Below, piece by piece: positions 32,912-42,271 of a stretch of 52,968 nt of DNA. This stretch comes from an uncultured Oscillospiraceae bacterium (GTDB taxonomy: Bacteria > Bacillota > Clostridia > Oscillospirales > Ruminococcaceae). The translations under genes were made by a program, and so were the position numbers. Each line of letters begins with the position of its first letter. Position 1 is the stretch's first letter. The stretch spans positions 1-52,968 of the forward strand of contig CAYJMO010000004.1 in the NCBI GenBank assembly GCA_964371365.1. Direction: 5' to 3'. Below the pieces are notes generated by a model. That model was not told the origin of the DNA and searched no databases. It saw nothing but the letters and a program-made list of their open reading frames with translations.

Positions 32912-34997
32912 ATTCAAACGAACGTGGGACGTATACATACTGCTCCGTCTTAGTCTTTGCGTTTTTAAGCAGATTTTCACGGCTATAAAGCTGTTTCGGG
33001 CTGTCGGGTCGAAAGACGTTCTCGGTATCGACATTGCGTGCACTTATATCGACATCGGAGGTATCAATCGTTGCAAGGTGGTTGGCGAAATCCACAATCG
33101 CCGCCATGTCGCGCGCCATACCGTCTATCTGCTCCGGTTTTAGTCGCAGATTGGCAAGATTGGCGACCTCCTCGACGTCAACGCTCGGCGCATCATCTTT
33201 CTTTGCGTCTTCCTGTGACGAGCCCTCACCGACAAAAGCACCGACAAGACCCAGTTCCTCCAGCTGTTTTATGTCCACAAGTCCCGGAGCGTCGGTCATC
33301 ATGTCCACCGCCTCTTTATTTTTGGGGAATGCGATGACCTCACGCAGACTGTTTGCTCCGAGCAATAGCATGGCAAGTCGGTCAAGACCGAAAGCAAAAC
33401 CACCGTGCGGCGGCGTGCCGTAGCTGAACGCCTTGACCATAAAGCCAAATCGTTCCTCTATCTCCTCTTTTGTAAAACCGAGTGCCTCAAACATCTGCTG
33501 TTGCACCTCGGCGCTGTGTATCCTGATAGAGCCACTGCCAAGCTCCACACCGTTGAGCACTATGTCATAAGCCTGGGCACGAACCCTCGCAGGGTCGCTG
33601 ACAAGATAGGGTACATCCTCTGCGTAGGGCATGGTGAACGGGTGATGCATGGCGACAAATCGCTCCTGCTCCTCGTTATACTCAAACTGTGGGAAGTCGG
33701 TGACTATTAAAAACTGGTAGTCGTCGTCACGGCGTAGGGATAAACGGTCGGCAAGCTCACCTCGCAGACCACCGAGCACACGACATACCGTCTCATATTT
33801 ATCGGCACTGAAGAGAATGAAGTCGCCCGGCTTTGCGCCGACCCTCTCGATAAGTCTATCCATCAACTCACTATCAAGGTATTTTGTGAGTATCGAGTAT
33901 ATCTCACCGTCCTCACGCAAGGCAATCCATGCCATGCCCTTTGCGCCGAGGCTAACGGCGGAGTTTGTAAGCTCCTCAATTTCACTTCTTGTGAAGTCAC
34001 TCTTCCCCGGCACCGTGATGGCGCGAACCATGCCGCCACTTTTTGTGACCGATTTAAAGACGCTGAACGAACTCTCACTCGCGATGTCAGTTATATCGAC
34101 TATTTTGAGATCAAAGCGTGTGTCCGGCTTGTCACTGCCGTAGCTATCCATCGACTCTTGCCAGCTGATACGGGGGAACGCGCCCTCAATCTCCCGACCC
34201 ATGACCTCATGGAACATATACTTAAACATGCTCTCGAGGTGGGTGAGTATCTGCTCCTGATCGACAAAGGACAGCTCCATGTCCACCTGGGTAAACTCCG
34301 GCTGACGGTCGGCGCGCAGATCCTCGTCTCGAAAACATCGTGCTACCTGATAGTAGCGGTCGATACCGCCAACCATCAACAGTTGTTTAAATATCTGGGG
34401 GGACTGGGGGAGGGCGTAAAAATGCCCCTCGTTTATTCTGCTCGGCACGAGGTAGTCCCTCGCACCCTCCGGCGTGGACTTACATAGCATCGGTGTCTCG
34501 ACAAAAAGAAAGCCGTCGCGGTCGAGGTAATCCTGCGCCGCGCGTTGCAGACGATGGCGAAAACGCAGGTTTCCTATCATATCGGGGCGACGCAGGTCGA
34601 GGTAACGATACTGCATTCTCAAATCCTCACGCACCGCGATATTCTCATCGAGTGGAAAGGGCAGTGTTGCGGCGGCGGATAACAGCTCGATACTCCTCGC
34701 GCGTAGCTCTATAGTGCCGGTCGGTATCCTGTCGTTGTAGGTCTCGGCATCGCGCGGCTCAACCTCACCGGTGACCGAGATGACGGACTGCACCTTAAGA
34801 CCGTCGGCGAGCCTAAACTGCGCCTCGTCAATGTCCGCCATGTCAAAGACAATCTGCAATACTCCCTCGCGATCACCGAGGTCGATAAAGACAAGCCCGC
34901 CCATGTCGCGCTTTGTCCGCACCCAACCGCAAACGGTTATATCTCGCCCGACCATGTCCGGCGTAATCAGCCCACAATAGGCTGTCCTTTTTGGCAT
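32910..34997 (-). CDS. aspS: Aspartate--tRNA ligase fused to a C-terminal GatC domain
   Basis: Class IIb AspRS (FRDEDLRADRQPEFTQVD, GGFAFGLDRLAMLL). An acidic linker follows, then a last ~90 aa matching the GatC pattern (VEEVANLANLRLKPEQIDGMARDMAAIVDF...VFRPDSP...YVYVPRSFE). ATG 34997 follows GGAAAGGA. The track's extension to 35057 crosses the promoter. Confidence 0.85.
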   Translation of the reverse strand: MPKRTAYCGLITPDMVGRDITVCGWVRTKRDMGGLVFIDLGDREGVLQIVFDMADIDEAQFRLADGLKVQSVISVTGEVEPRDAETYNDRIPTGTIELRARSIELLSAAATLPFPLDENIAVREDLRMQYRYLDLRRPDMIGNLRFRHRLQRAAQDYLDRDGFLFVETPMLCKSTPEGARDYLVPSRINEGHFYALPQSPQIFKQLLMVGGIDRYYQVARCFRDEDLRADRQPEFTQVDMELSFVDQEQILTHLESMFKYMFHEVMGREIEGAFPRISWQESMDSYGSDKPDTRFDLKIVDITDIASESSFSVFKSVTKSGGMVRAITVPGKSDFTRSEIEELTNSAVSLGAKGMAWIALREDGEIYSILTKYLDSELMDRLIERVGAKPGDFILFSADKYETVCRVLGGLRGELADRLSLRRDDDYQFLIVTDFPQFEYNEEQERFVAMHHPFTMPYAEDVPYLVSDPARVRAQAYDIVLNGVELGSGSIRIHSAEVQQQMFEALGFTKEEIEERFGFMVKAFSYGTPPHGGFAFGLDRLAMLLLGANSLREVIAFPKNKEAVDMMTDAPGLVDIKQLEELGLVGAFVGEGSSQEDAKKDDAPSVDVEEVANLANLRLKPEQIDGMARDMAAIVDFANHLATIDTSDVDISARNVDTENVFRPDSPKQLYSRENLLKNAKTKTEQYVYVPRSFE

Positions 34998-35035
34998 GTT
35001 AAAAACGTCCTTTCCCCTTATACTTGTATTGAATA

Positions 35036-35065
35036 ATAATAACATAAAAATGGGCAAAATGTCAA
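35036..35065 (-). promoter_or_regulatory. Sigma-A promoter of aspS-gatC
   Basis: The minus strand reads TTGACA (35065-35060), 18 nt, then TATTAT (35041-35036). The resulting leader is short (about 30 nt), which leaves no room for a T-box. Confidence 0.55.
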
Positions 35066-35217
35066 TGGTGAAGAACTATAAAGCTAATCCCTACACCCCA
35101 TCAATTCAAAAACAATGGCTTGCGACTTAGCGCAGGTGTTTTCAAATATAGAGGTGCAGGGATTTTATGAGATATGCAAACTCGTTGCTCAACACATACG
35201 CAAGGGTTGTCTACCGA

Positions 35218-36345
35218 CTATAACAGATCACTATGCGCCAGTTTTAACTTCTCCGGTATGTTCAATTTTTGAGGACATAGTGTTACACATAGACCGCAAT
35301 CTATACACTTTGCGGCGTCGGCCTCCTTTTCGAGCAGTAATACTCTGTACAGCCACTTTTGTTCCGGTGCTTTTTTAAAGTCGTTCCAACGCTCGAAAAC
35401 ACCCGGTATATTCACGTTTGCAGGACATGGCATACAGTAGTTGCAGGCGGTGCACTCGATGTTAATCAGGCTCTCCCATGCACGTCGAGCGTTGTCATAT
35501 ACAGCCTCATCCTCCTCGGTCAAGACACCGGTCTCGGCGTTTTCAAATATCTTTAGAGTATCCTCGAGCTGGGTCAGGTCGGATGTGCCGGACAACACCA
35601 CCGTAACCTCCGGTTGGTTATAAAGCCACATGAATGAACGCTCGGAGTTGGTCTTCGCCTTATCAAAGCCCTCGAATGCATCCTCGACCACCTGCGGCAC
35701 GTCCTTGACCAACATACCACCGTGTAACGGCTCCATCGCAACAATAGGGATACCTTTTTTTGCTATGAACTCCAGCCCCTTGCGCCCTGCCTGTTTGAAC
35801 TTATCGTAATAGTTGTACTGGATCATAACAAGATCCCAATCGTATGCACCCGCAACCGTCTCGACATGTTCGTTATCGCCGTGGATGGAGGCGGCGATAT
35901 ATCCTATCTTGCCGGTAGCCTTTAGGTTCTCCATGAACTTGATACAATCAAACTTTTTCACCTTTTCCCAGTTGGATAAAAAGAGGTTGTGTAGGAAATA
36001 GACATCGATATAATCGACCTGCAATCTCTCAAGTTCCTCGTCATAATATTTTTGCAGATCCTCGGGACCTTCCACGATGGACATGGGCAGTTTTGTTGCG
36101 AGCATGACCTTTTCACGATAGCCGTCCTGCAACGCCTTACCAACCACCACCTCACTGCCGGGGTAGAAGTATGCTGTATCTATGTAGTTGACACCGCTAT
36201 CAATGGCTTTTCTAATAAGTTCAATGGCTTTTGGTTCATCAATATGGCTGTTACCCTCTTCGTCCGTAATGGACGGCAACCTCATGCACCCAAGACCAAA
36301 TCGAGAAACCTTTTTCCCGTCATGCTTAAAATCGATGTATTGCAT
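35218..36345 (-). CDS. Aldo/keto reductase with C-terminal 2x[4Fe-4S] ferredoxin-like domain
   Basis: The AKR N-terminus is SRFGLGCMRL...IDTAYFY. Two CxxCxxCxxxCP motifs are present (CTACNYCMPCP, CIDCGLCVTLCP). ATG 36345 follows GGAGAAGGAA. Confidence 0.85.
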   Translation of the reverse strand: MQYIDFKHDGKKVSRFGLGCMRLPSITDEEGNSHIDEPKAIELIRKAIDSGVNYIDTAYFYPGSEVVVGKALQDGYREKVMLATKLPMSIVEGPEDLQKYYDEELERLQVDYIDVYFLHNLFLSNWEKVKKFDCIKFMENLKATGKIGYIAASIHGDNEHVETVAGAYDWDLVMIQYNYYDKFKQAGRKGLEFIAKKGIPIVAMEPLHGGMLVKDVPQVVEDAFEGFDKAKTNSERSFMWLYNQPEVTVVLSGTSDLTQLEDTLKIFENAETGVLTEEDEAVYDNARRAWESLINIECTACNYCMPCPANVNIPGVFERWNDFKKAPEQKWLYRVLLLEKEADAAKCIDCGLCVTLCPQKLNIPEKLKLAHSDLL

Positions 36346-36408
36346 TTCCTTCTCCTTGCTATTTTGTATCCTCTTACTATTCACAGATTTTTAATTCCGC
36401 TATCTTTA

Positions 36409-36437
36409 ATTATATCCCTATTGTATATAAAAGTCAA
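36409..36437 (-). promoter_or_regulatory. Consensus sigma-A promoter of the aldo/keto reductase gene
   Basis: The minus strand reads TTGACT (36437-36432), 17 nt, then TATAAT (36414-36409). Confidence 0.6.
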
Positions 36438-36512
36438 CGTATAACGGTTAAAATAAAGCAAGAATAAAAATGTCTTTTTCGGCAGATTTTTGAGTTGCCC
36501 TTGATTCTTTTG

Positions 36513-37253
36513 TCAAAGACCATCTCTCATCTGCACCAGTTCGGAAAAACGCTTGCCCGTTTTTTCCTTTAAAACCTTTTTAAAGTATTTTACATCGGCA
36601 TATCCGAGGCTGTGTGCTATGTCGTTGGCACTCATCTGTGTGGTGTTTAGCATGGCGAGTGCACCCTCCATCTTTATGTCGGTGACATAGATGGAGAAAT
36701 TAATGCCGACCTCCTTTTTGAAGAGCCTGCTCAGATGCTCCGGGGTCACATAGAGCATCGCTGCAACCTCGTTTAAGCTGCAATTTTTATCCATATTGTT
36801 TGATATCAGCTCAAGCGCCCCTTTCACAAGCTCGCTGACATCCTGTACACCGTTTGGCATGGCAAAACTATGGTTGTAATTAATCCTCAGATAGCTTGCC
36901 GCCTCGTTTAACAATTCTTTTATATCCGAGAGGGTAAAGGGCTTCAGAAGGTAGGACTTCACACCGAGCTGTATCGCCTTTTGGGCATACTTGAACTCGG
37001 AATGACCGCTTATAATAATAGGATATAAGGATATTCCGTGCTTTTTAAGCATCTCAATAAGCCAAAGTCCGTCATGGTTTGGCATGTTAATATCGGTTAT
37101 TAATATTTCGGGGTGCCGATGGATAATTTCATCGAGCGCCTGATTTGCGCCCTGTGCCTCGACAACCACCCTGTAGTTGTCGTCGCACTGTCTTATAAGT
37201 CGCACAAGGGTCTCTCTTGCTAATTTTTCATCCTCCACTACGGCTATGCGCAT
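36513..37253 (-). CDS. Response regulator with AraC-type HTH output (YesN-like)
   Basis: CheY receiver (MRIAVVEDE...ILITDINMP..G). The C-terminal AraC HTH is NDIAHSLGYADVKYFKKVLKEKTGKRFSE. Confidence 0.9.
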   Translation of the reverse strand: MRIAVVEDEKLARETLVRLIRQCDDNYRVVVEAQGANQALDEIIHRHPEILITDINMPNHDGLWLIEMLKKHGISLYPIIISGHSEFKYAQKAIQLGVKSYLLKPFTLSDIKELLNEAASYLRINYNHSFAMPNGVQDVSELVKGALELISNNMDKNCSLNEVAAMLYVTPEHLSRLFKKEVGINFSIYVTDIKMEGALAMLNTTQMSANDIAHSLGYADVKYFKKVLKEKTGKRFSELVQMRDGL

Positions 37254-37264
37254 AACACACCTTT

Positions 37265-39001
37265 TTACACCTTTATTTTAATCGTTACGGTAGTGCCCTT
37301 TCCCTCAACACTATCAAAGGACAAGTTTAATCTTTCCCCATAATAAAATATAAGACGTTGCTTTGTATTTCTAAGCCCTATGCCAAATTCGTCCGTCTCA
37401 TCGCTGTCGTTTTTAATGTCGGTAAAGTCCAGTAGTCCGTTTATCCTCTCGAGCTTATCGGGGGGCATTCCAATGCCGTTGTCAATTATCTGCAAGCAGA
37501 GTATCTCCCCTATCATAAAGCTCTTTAAAATTAACAGTTGCCCGGTTTTTTGAGTATTAAATCCGTGCAGTATAGAGTTTTCCACAAAAGGTTGGAATAC
37601 AAGTCGATGTATGAATATATCGAGCGTATCCGGTGAAAAGTCGAGCCGATAGTCAAAACTATGGTCATAGCGATAAAGCGAAAGGGAGAGATATTTTTCA
37701 AGCCACACCTGCTCCTCTCGGAGTATGACTAACTTCTCACTGTTCGAGATAAGATATCGCAACATGTGTGAAAATGCCGCCAAGAGCTCGCTGGTCTCGA
37801 TGTCGTTATTGCGCAGTGCCACGCAGTTAATGGTGTTGAGCGTGTTGTATAAAAAATGGGGATTTATCTGCAACTCCAGCGTTTTTAATTGCATGGATTG
37901 TATCTGCTTGAGCGTGCTAATCTGCTCGCTGTATAGATTTTTCATCTCGGTATTTTTCTGCTCTATGTGATATATCATAGCGTTGTAGCCATCATACACC
38001 ATCTGCATATCCTTGAGCATTGCCGGTTTGTTTATAGCGACAAAATCATGCCTGCCTGCGTGTTCCATCGCGTCGGTCACGGTGCCGAGTGAGGACAACA
38101 TCTTCTTTATGAAGTATCGCACAAACAAAATATACGCAAGCACAAATACAAACAACAGCCCGAGTGCCACGGCAAGTTGATTTAATGTATCGTTCCTCAT
38201 TGCCGCTGTGTCGGTCTCGTTAATAAGCTCCCAGCCGGGTACAACGCTGAGCAGTTCGCCGTTGTAGACAAACCCCTCCTCCTCCTTACCCGCGCTAATC
38301 TCATTAAAATCACCACCTATCAACTCGGTGTCGTTATGATAGAGTATTGTTCCGTCACTTGACACGAGGTAGCTCTCGTTATATTTCGGCGCGTCGGTTG
38401 TGTCTTCATCAAAAAACTCATCAACGGGGAAACTCGCCGCCACACTTCCGTAACATTGCTTTTCTATAAAGTTATAGCAGGGTACAGCGACAACAATATA
38501 AAATCGTGAACGATATTCAAAAACGCCTGATGTGGTCTTGTTTTGAATTATGCTTTTGGAACTCACCTGCGTTATCTTTTGCGTTCGAATGTTTCCTTCG
38601 GCATAAGGTCCCCCATGCCCATGAAACTGTAAAACCCCATCTGCTGACATGGCGGCAAGAGTTCCCATATCACCTGTAATCCCCCTGTATGCCTCGTTGA
38701 GAATGTCGAGTGTAATATGTGATGACCGCTCATTTGTCAACGATGCTTCAAGCTCTTCGTTTATTGCCAACTTGAAAAGTTCATGGGTATAGTCCGACAA
38801 TTTATACTGAGTTGTTATCGCCATCTGCTCAATCAGTTGAGCGGAATAAACCTCAACCTGCCCGGACAGATTATTCTGTGTAATTATTCCGACCCATACT
38901 AACAAAACCATCAAAGGCAGAGCGGTAATTAACAAAAAACCGCTCTGCATTATGGTGTTGGTGGTTGCCCGTCGTAACAACGATTTTATCAGATTTTTCA
39001 T
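37265..39001 (-). CDS. Sensor histidine kinase (YesM-like; two TM segments, extracytoplasmic domain, HAMP, His_kinase, HATPase)
   Basis: QINPHFLYNTLN H-box. N/G boxes FQPFVENSILHG and DNGIGM...GIGLRN. Confidence 0.9.
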   Translation of the reverse strand: MKNLIKSLLRRATTNTIMQSGFLLITALPLMVLLVWVGIITQNNLSGQVEVYSAQLIEQMAITTQYKLSDYTHELFKLAINEELEASLTNERSSHITLDILNEAYRGITGDMGTLAAMSADGVLQFHGHGGPYAEGNIRTQKITQVSSKSIIQNKTTSGVFEYRSRFYIVVAVPCYNFIEKQCYGSVAASFPVDEFFDEDTTDAPKYNESYLVSSDGTILYHNDTELIGGDFNEISAGKEEEGFVYNGELLSVVPGWELINETDTAAMRNDTLNQLAVALGLLFVFVLAYILFVRYFIKKMLSSLGTVTDAMEHAGRHDFVAINKPAMLKDMQMVYDGYNAMIYHIEQKNTEMKNLYSEQISTLKQIQSMQLKTLELQINPHFLYNTLNTINCVALRNNDIETSELLAAFSHMLRYLISNSEKLVILREEQVWLEKYLSLSLYRYDHSFDYRLDFSPDTLDIFIHRLVFQPFVENSILHGFNTQKTGQLLILKSFMIGEILCLQIIDNGIGMPPDKLERINGLLDFTDIKNDSDETDEFGIGLRNTKQRLIFYYGERLNLSFDSVEGKGTTVTIKIKV

Positions 39002-39020
39002 ATTTTATCCGGATTGGATT

Positions 39021-39845
39021 TTATTCCTTAACGCCGCCGCTTGTCAAACCGGAAACGATATATTTTTGCATGAACAGGAATATAAGCAGTGAAGGTATAA
39101 CAATACTCACGCCGAACGCGAGGATACTGTTCCAACGCAGTCCGTATTTGCTCTGGAAATCGTTAATGATAACGGTCAACGGCCAAAGGGTAGTATTTCG
39201 TATAAAGGACATGGAGTAGGCAAGGTCATTCCAGGCAAACATAAAGCTGAAGATTGAGGCGGTCAGTATGCCGGTTCTGGACATGGGGAGCATAATCCTT
39301 AAAAAAGCCGAGCCGACGTTACAACCATCTATGCGCGCCGCCTCCTCGATAGAGCGTGGTAGCGAGGCAAAAAAAGGTCGCATAAAGATGATAACGAACG
39401 GTATCGATATTGTCGCGGTGGAGAATATCGGTGCGAGATATGTGTCGTTTATCCCCATCTCGGAGTAGAGCAAAAACAGCGGTGTCAAAAGCAGTGATGC
39501 GGGAAGAAGCTGTGTTACGATAAAAAACAGCACTATGTGTCGCTGAAACATGGTTTTAAAACGCACAAGCCCGTAAGCCGCCGGTATACTCAAACAGACC
39601 GATATCACAAGAGAGCTGAGTGAGATGATAAGACTGTTGCGAAGATGAGAGAAAAAGTCGCTGTCGCCGAGTGAAATAAAACCCTCGAGTGTCAAATCGG
39701 CAGGGAAAAATGTCGGGGGAGAGCGGAAAATTTCTGCATCTGATTTAAGAGAAGATGTCAACAGCCAGTAGACGGGAGCTAAAAAAAGTGCGGTGAGAGC
39801 GATGGCAAGAACATTGAGCATTATTTCATTTCTCTTTTTCATCAA
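39021..39845 (-). CDS. Sugar ABC transporter permease (MalG-like)
   Basis: EAA loop IEEAARIDGCNVGSAFLRIMLPMS. It overlaps the upstream permease by 4 nt. Confidence 0.85.
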   Translation of the reverse strand: MMKKRNEIMLNVLAIALTALFLAPVYWLLTSSLKSDAEIFRSPPTFFPADLTLEGFISLGDSDFFSHLRNSLIISLSSLVISVCLSIPAAYGLVRFKTMFQRHIVLFFIVTQLLPASLLLTPLFLLYSEMGINDTYLAPIFSTATISIPFVIIFMRPFFASLPRSIEEAARIDGCNVGSAFLRIMLPMSRTGILTASIFSFMFAWNDLAYSMSFIRNTTLWPLTVIINDFQSKYGLRWNSILAFGVSIVIPSLLIFLFMQKYIVSGLTSGGVKE

Positions 39846-40729
39846 CTTATCACCTCATCTTCGTTTATGTTTTTCACATAGATCAGTCCTACAAAGAACA
39901 AAATTATAAACATAATACAGGACACAACCGCACCCTCACTAAAGTTAAACTCCTTAAACGACAGCTGATAGGCATATGTTGAGAACATCTCGGTGGCATT
40001 TGCAGGTCCTCCCGAGGTCATGACCACCACGAGATCAAACACCTTGAAGGTATATACAACTCCGAGCGAGAGTATCGCGAGCATGGTGGGTTTTAAAAGT
40101 GGCAGGGTGATAAACCAGAATTTTTGAAAACGATTCGCACCGTCGATGTCACAGCTCTCGTATATGGTGTCGTTGATACTTTTCAGCCCGTTGGTGAAGA
40201 GCACCATGTCAAAGGGTATACCTATCCATGTGTTTGCAAGGATGAGCGCCCACATTGCGTTGGTTGGATCGGTCAGCCAAGGAACCGGATCGATGGATAA
40301 AAGTCCGAGCACATAGTTGATAATACCAATGTCGGTCTGAAACATGAATTTAAATAGAATAGCGGTGACGGTCATGGGGAACATCCATGCCATCAGCATT
40401 ATGCCCCGTAAAAAACCTGCCGATTTAAAATGTTTGTTAAATAACATTCCAAATCCGAGACCCAATATAAGCTGAAAGATGACACATGCTACCGTAAACA
40501 CAACGGTGTTAATAAGAATATCACCGATAAGACCGTTGTCGATAACTTCAAGTACCGTTTCAAAGCCGACAAATTCACTGCCGGCGGCAAATGTCTTCGC
40601 CGTAAGGTTCTGTGTCGCAAGATAGAAGTTGTAAAAGATAGGATATATCGAAAAGATACACATGTATATTATTGCCGGCCCGACAAACAGCAAAAGATAT
40701 TTGATGTTTTTATTTTTTGTAGATGGCAT
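39842..40729 (-). CDS. Sugar ABC transporter permease (MalF-like)
   Basis: EAA loop YESCDIDGANRFQKFWFITLPLL; six TM segments. Confidence 0.85.
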   Translation of the reverse strand: MPSTKNKNIKYLLLFVGPAIIYMCIFSIYPIFYNFYLATQNLTAKTFAAGSEFVGFETVLEVIDNGLIGDILINTVVFTVACVIFQLILGLGFGMLFNKHFKSAGFLRGIMLMAWMFPMTVTAILFKFMFQTDIGIINYVLGLLSIDPVPWLTDPTNAMWALILANTWIGIPFDMVLFTNGLKSINDTIYESCDIDGANRFQKFWFITLPLLKPTMLAILSLGVVYTFKVFDLVVVMTSGGPANATEMFSTYAYQLSFKEFNFSEGAVVSCIMFIILFFVGLIYVKNINEDEVIS

Positions 40730-40756
40730 TTTTTGCCTCCATATGTTTTAGGGTAT

Positions 40757-40801
40757 AAACACCTGTACAAGCTGCTTTTACGATAGCTTATACAGGTGTT
40801 T
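40757..40801 (-). other. Intercistronic hairpin between the SBP and permease genes of sugar locus 2
   Basis: AAACACCTGTA(C)AAGC ... GCTT(A)TACAGGTGTTT: 15 bp with one mismatch and no clear U-tract. Confidence 0.45.
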
Positions 40802-40823
40802 GATTATGTGATTTGGGTTTAAA

Positions 40824-42104
40824 TTATGCTATCAGCTCTTGGATTTTTGCGTCCGCTTCGGCTGCTGCCTCTTCCGGAGTAGCCTGATCGGTCAGGGCAC
40901 TCTGAATTGCAGTATAGATTGCGGTGGAAATCTCCGGCCATGCAACGTGCGGTCCCATCGATGCCGCGTGGGGAAGTTGGCTGACGAATACGCTCATGAT
41001 CGGGTCTTCGTTCCACTCGGGATAAAGAGCGGTGGAGTCAATTCTGGTCGGGAGCTTGCCGGTATCGGCACAGTAGTCGGCAAGATGTTGAGTCTCATAG
41101 AAAGCCTCCATAACCGGCCATACGGTGTCGATATCTGCGCCGGTGATGATGGAGAAGCCCTCACCGCCCAGTGCGCTTGCAGGCACGCTATCGATCGGTA
41201 TTGGTGCTACACCCCAGTTTTTATCCGGTGCGTCGTTGTTGACGGTGCCGATGTTCCACGGACCGTTGATCATCATTGCGGCATTACCCTGAATAAACTG
41301 CACAGCGGCATCGCCCTGTGTCCAGTTGACAACCTCGGTGCTCATGTAACCGTTTGCAACCATGTCGTCAAGGTATGTAAGAGCTTTAATGCTGCCCTCT
41401 GCCATCATGTCATAGATATTACCACCTGCTGAATACATAAACGGCATATATTGGAATGTGCCCTCGTCGGTGCTGATGAGGCTCATTGCAAGACCGTAGG
41501 TCTCGTCGTTGGTAAGGGCCTCTACCGCAACGCTAAGCTCGTCCCATGTGGTCGGCACTTCAACGCCTGCCGCTTCCAGCATGTCTGCATCATAATAGAG
41601 TGCTATACAGTTACTGTTCTGGGGCAGACCGTAAATTCTGCCGTCCACGGTGGTTGTGCCCATCGAGCTCTCATAGAACTGGTCAAGCTGTCCCCATTCC
41701 TCAACCTTGTCGGTGATGTCCATCAAAAGACCCATCTCGATGAATGTTGCATTGTCGGGGTTGTTAACCATACCTATGTCGGGGAGCTCACCGGATACAA
41801 GACCGAGGGTGTACTGGGTGTTCAGGTCGGCAAATGGGTAGTGAACCACCTTGCTTGTCAATCCGAGATCAGCTGTTATAGTGCCTATTACCTCATCAAA
41901 ATACACATCTTCCGGAGCCGAGAAGTATGTCCAGATCTCAACTTCGCCGCCTGCCGGTGCTTCTTCTGTGCTATCATCGGTAGATGTGCTCTCATCTGTT
42001 GCCGGTGTCTCGTCCGTTGCCGGTGTCGATTCCTCTGCCGGAGCACAGGATGCGAGAAGCCCTATGGAAAGTAACGATGCTAAAAGTAACGCTTTAAGTT
42101 TCAT
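40824..42104 (-). CDS. Sugar ABC transporter substrate-binding lipoprotein
   Basis: MKLKALLLASLLSIGLLASC lipobox, then an acidic Thr/Asp/Glu linker. ATG 42104 follows AGAGGAGAAATA. The track's extension to 42149 is not supported. Confidence 0.85.
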   Translation of the reverse strand: MKLKALLLASLLSIGLLASCAPAEESTPATDETPATDESTSTDDSTEEAPAGGEVEIWTYFSAPEDVYFDEVIGTITADLGLTSKVVHYPFADLNTQYTLGLVSGELPDIGMVNNPDNATFIEMGLLMDITDKVEEWGQLDQFYESSMGTTTVDGRIYGLPQNSNCIALYYDADMLEAAGVEVPTTWDELSVAVEALTNDETYGLAMSLISTDEGTFQYMPFMYSAGGNIYDMMAEGSIKALTYLDDMVANGYMSTEVVNWTQGDAAVQFIQGNAAMMINGPWNIGTVNNDAPDKNWGVAPIPIDSVPASALGGEGFSIITGADIDTVWPVMEAFYETQHLADYCADTGKLPTRIDSTALYPEWNEDPIMSVFVSQLPHAASMGPHVAWPEISTAIYTAIQSALTDQATPEEAAAEADAKIQELIA

Positions 42105-42159
42105 TATTTCTCCTCTTTGCATTTGTGTGTTATGGGTGAAAACACCCAATCCTCCTGTA

Positions 42160-42199
42160 TCGATATAGTTCGATATTTAATATCGAGCTTGATCGATAT
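42160..42199. promoter_or_regulatory. Cluster of four TCGATAT heptamers upstream of the locus 2 SBP gene
   Basis: TCGATAT occurs at 42160, 42170 and 42193, and inverted (ATATCGA) at 42180. Positions 42170-42186 form the perfect palindrome TCGATAT-TTA-ATATCGA. Confidence 0.5.
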
Positions 42200-42271
42200 G
42201 CTTATTATATATCTATAATCACACAAACGAAAGGGGTAATAATATGATATTTGACGAATAAGTTGACATGT

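Noticed and set aside
34998-35217. A T-box leader upstream of aspS.
   Set aside because: The TTGACA-18-TATTAT promoter leaves only about 30 nt of leader. No T-box sequence (AANNNGGGTGGTACCGCG-like) is present. R2, downstream of aspS-gatC, also lacks it.
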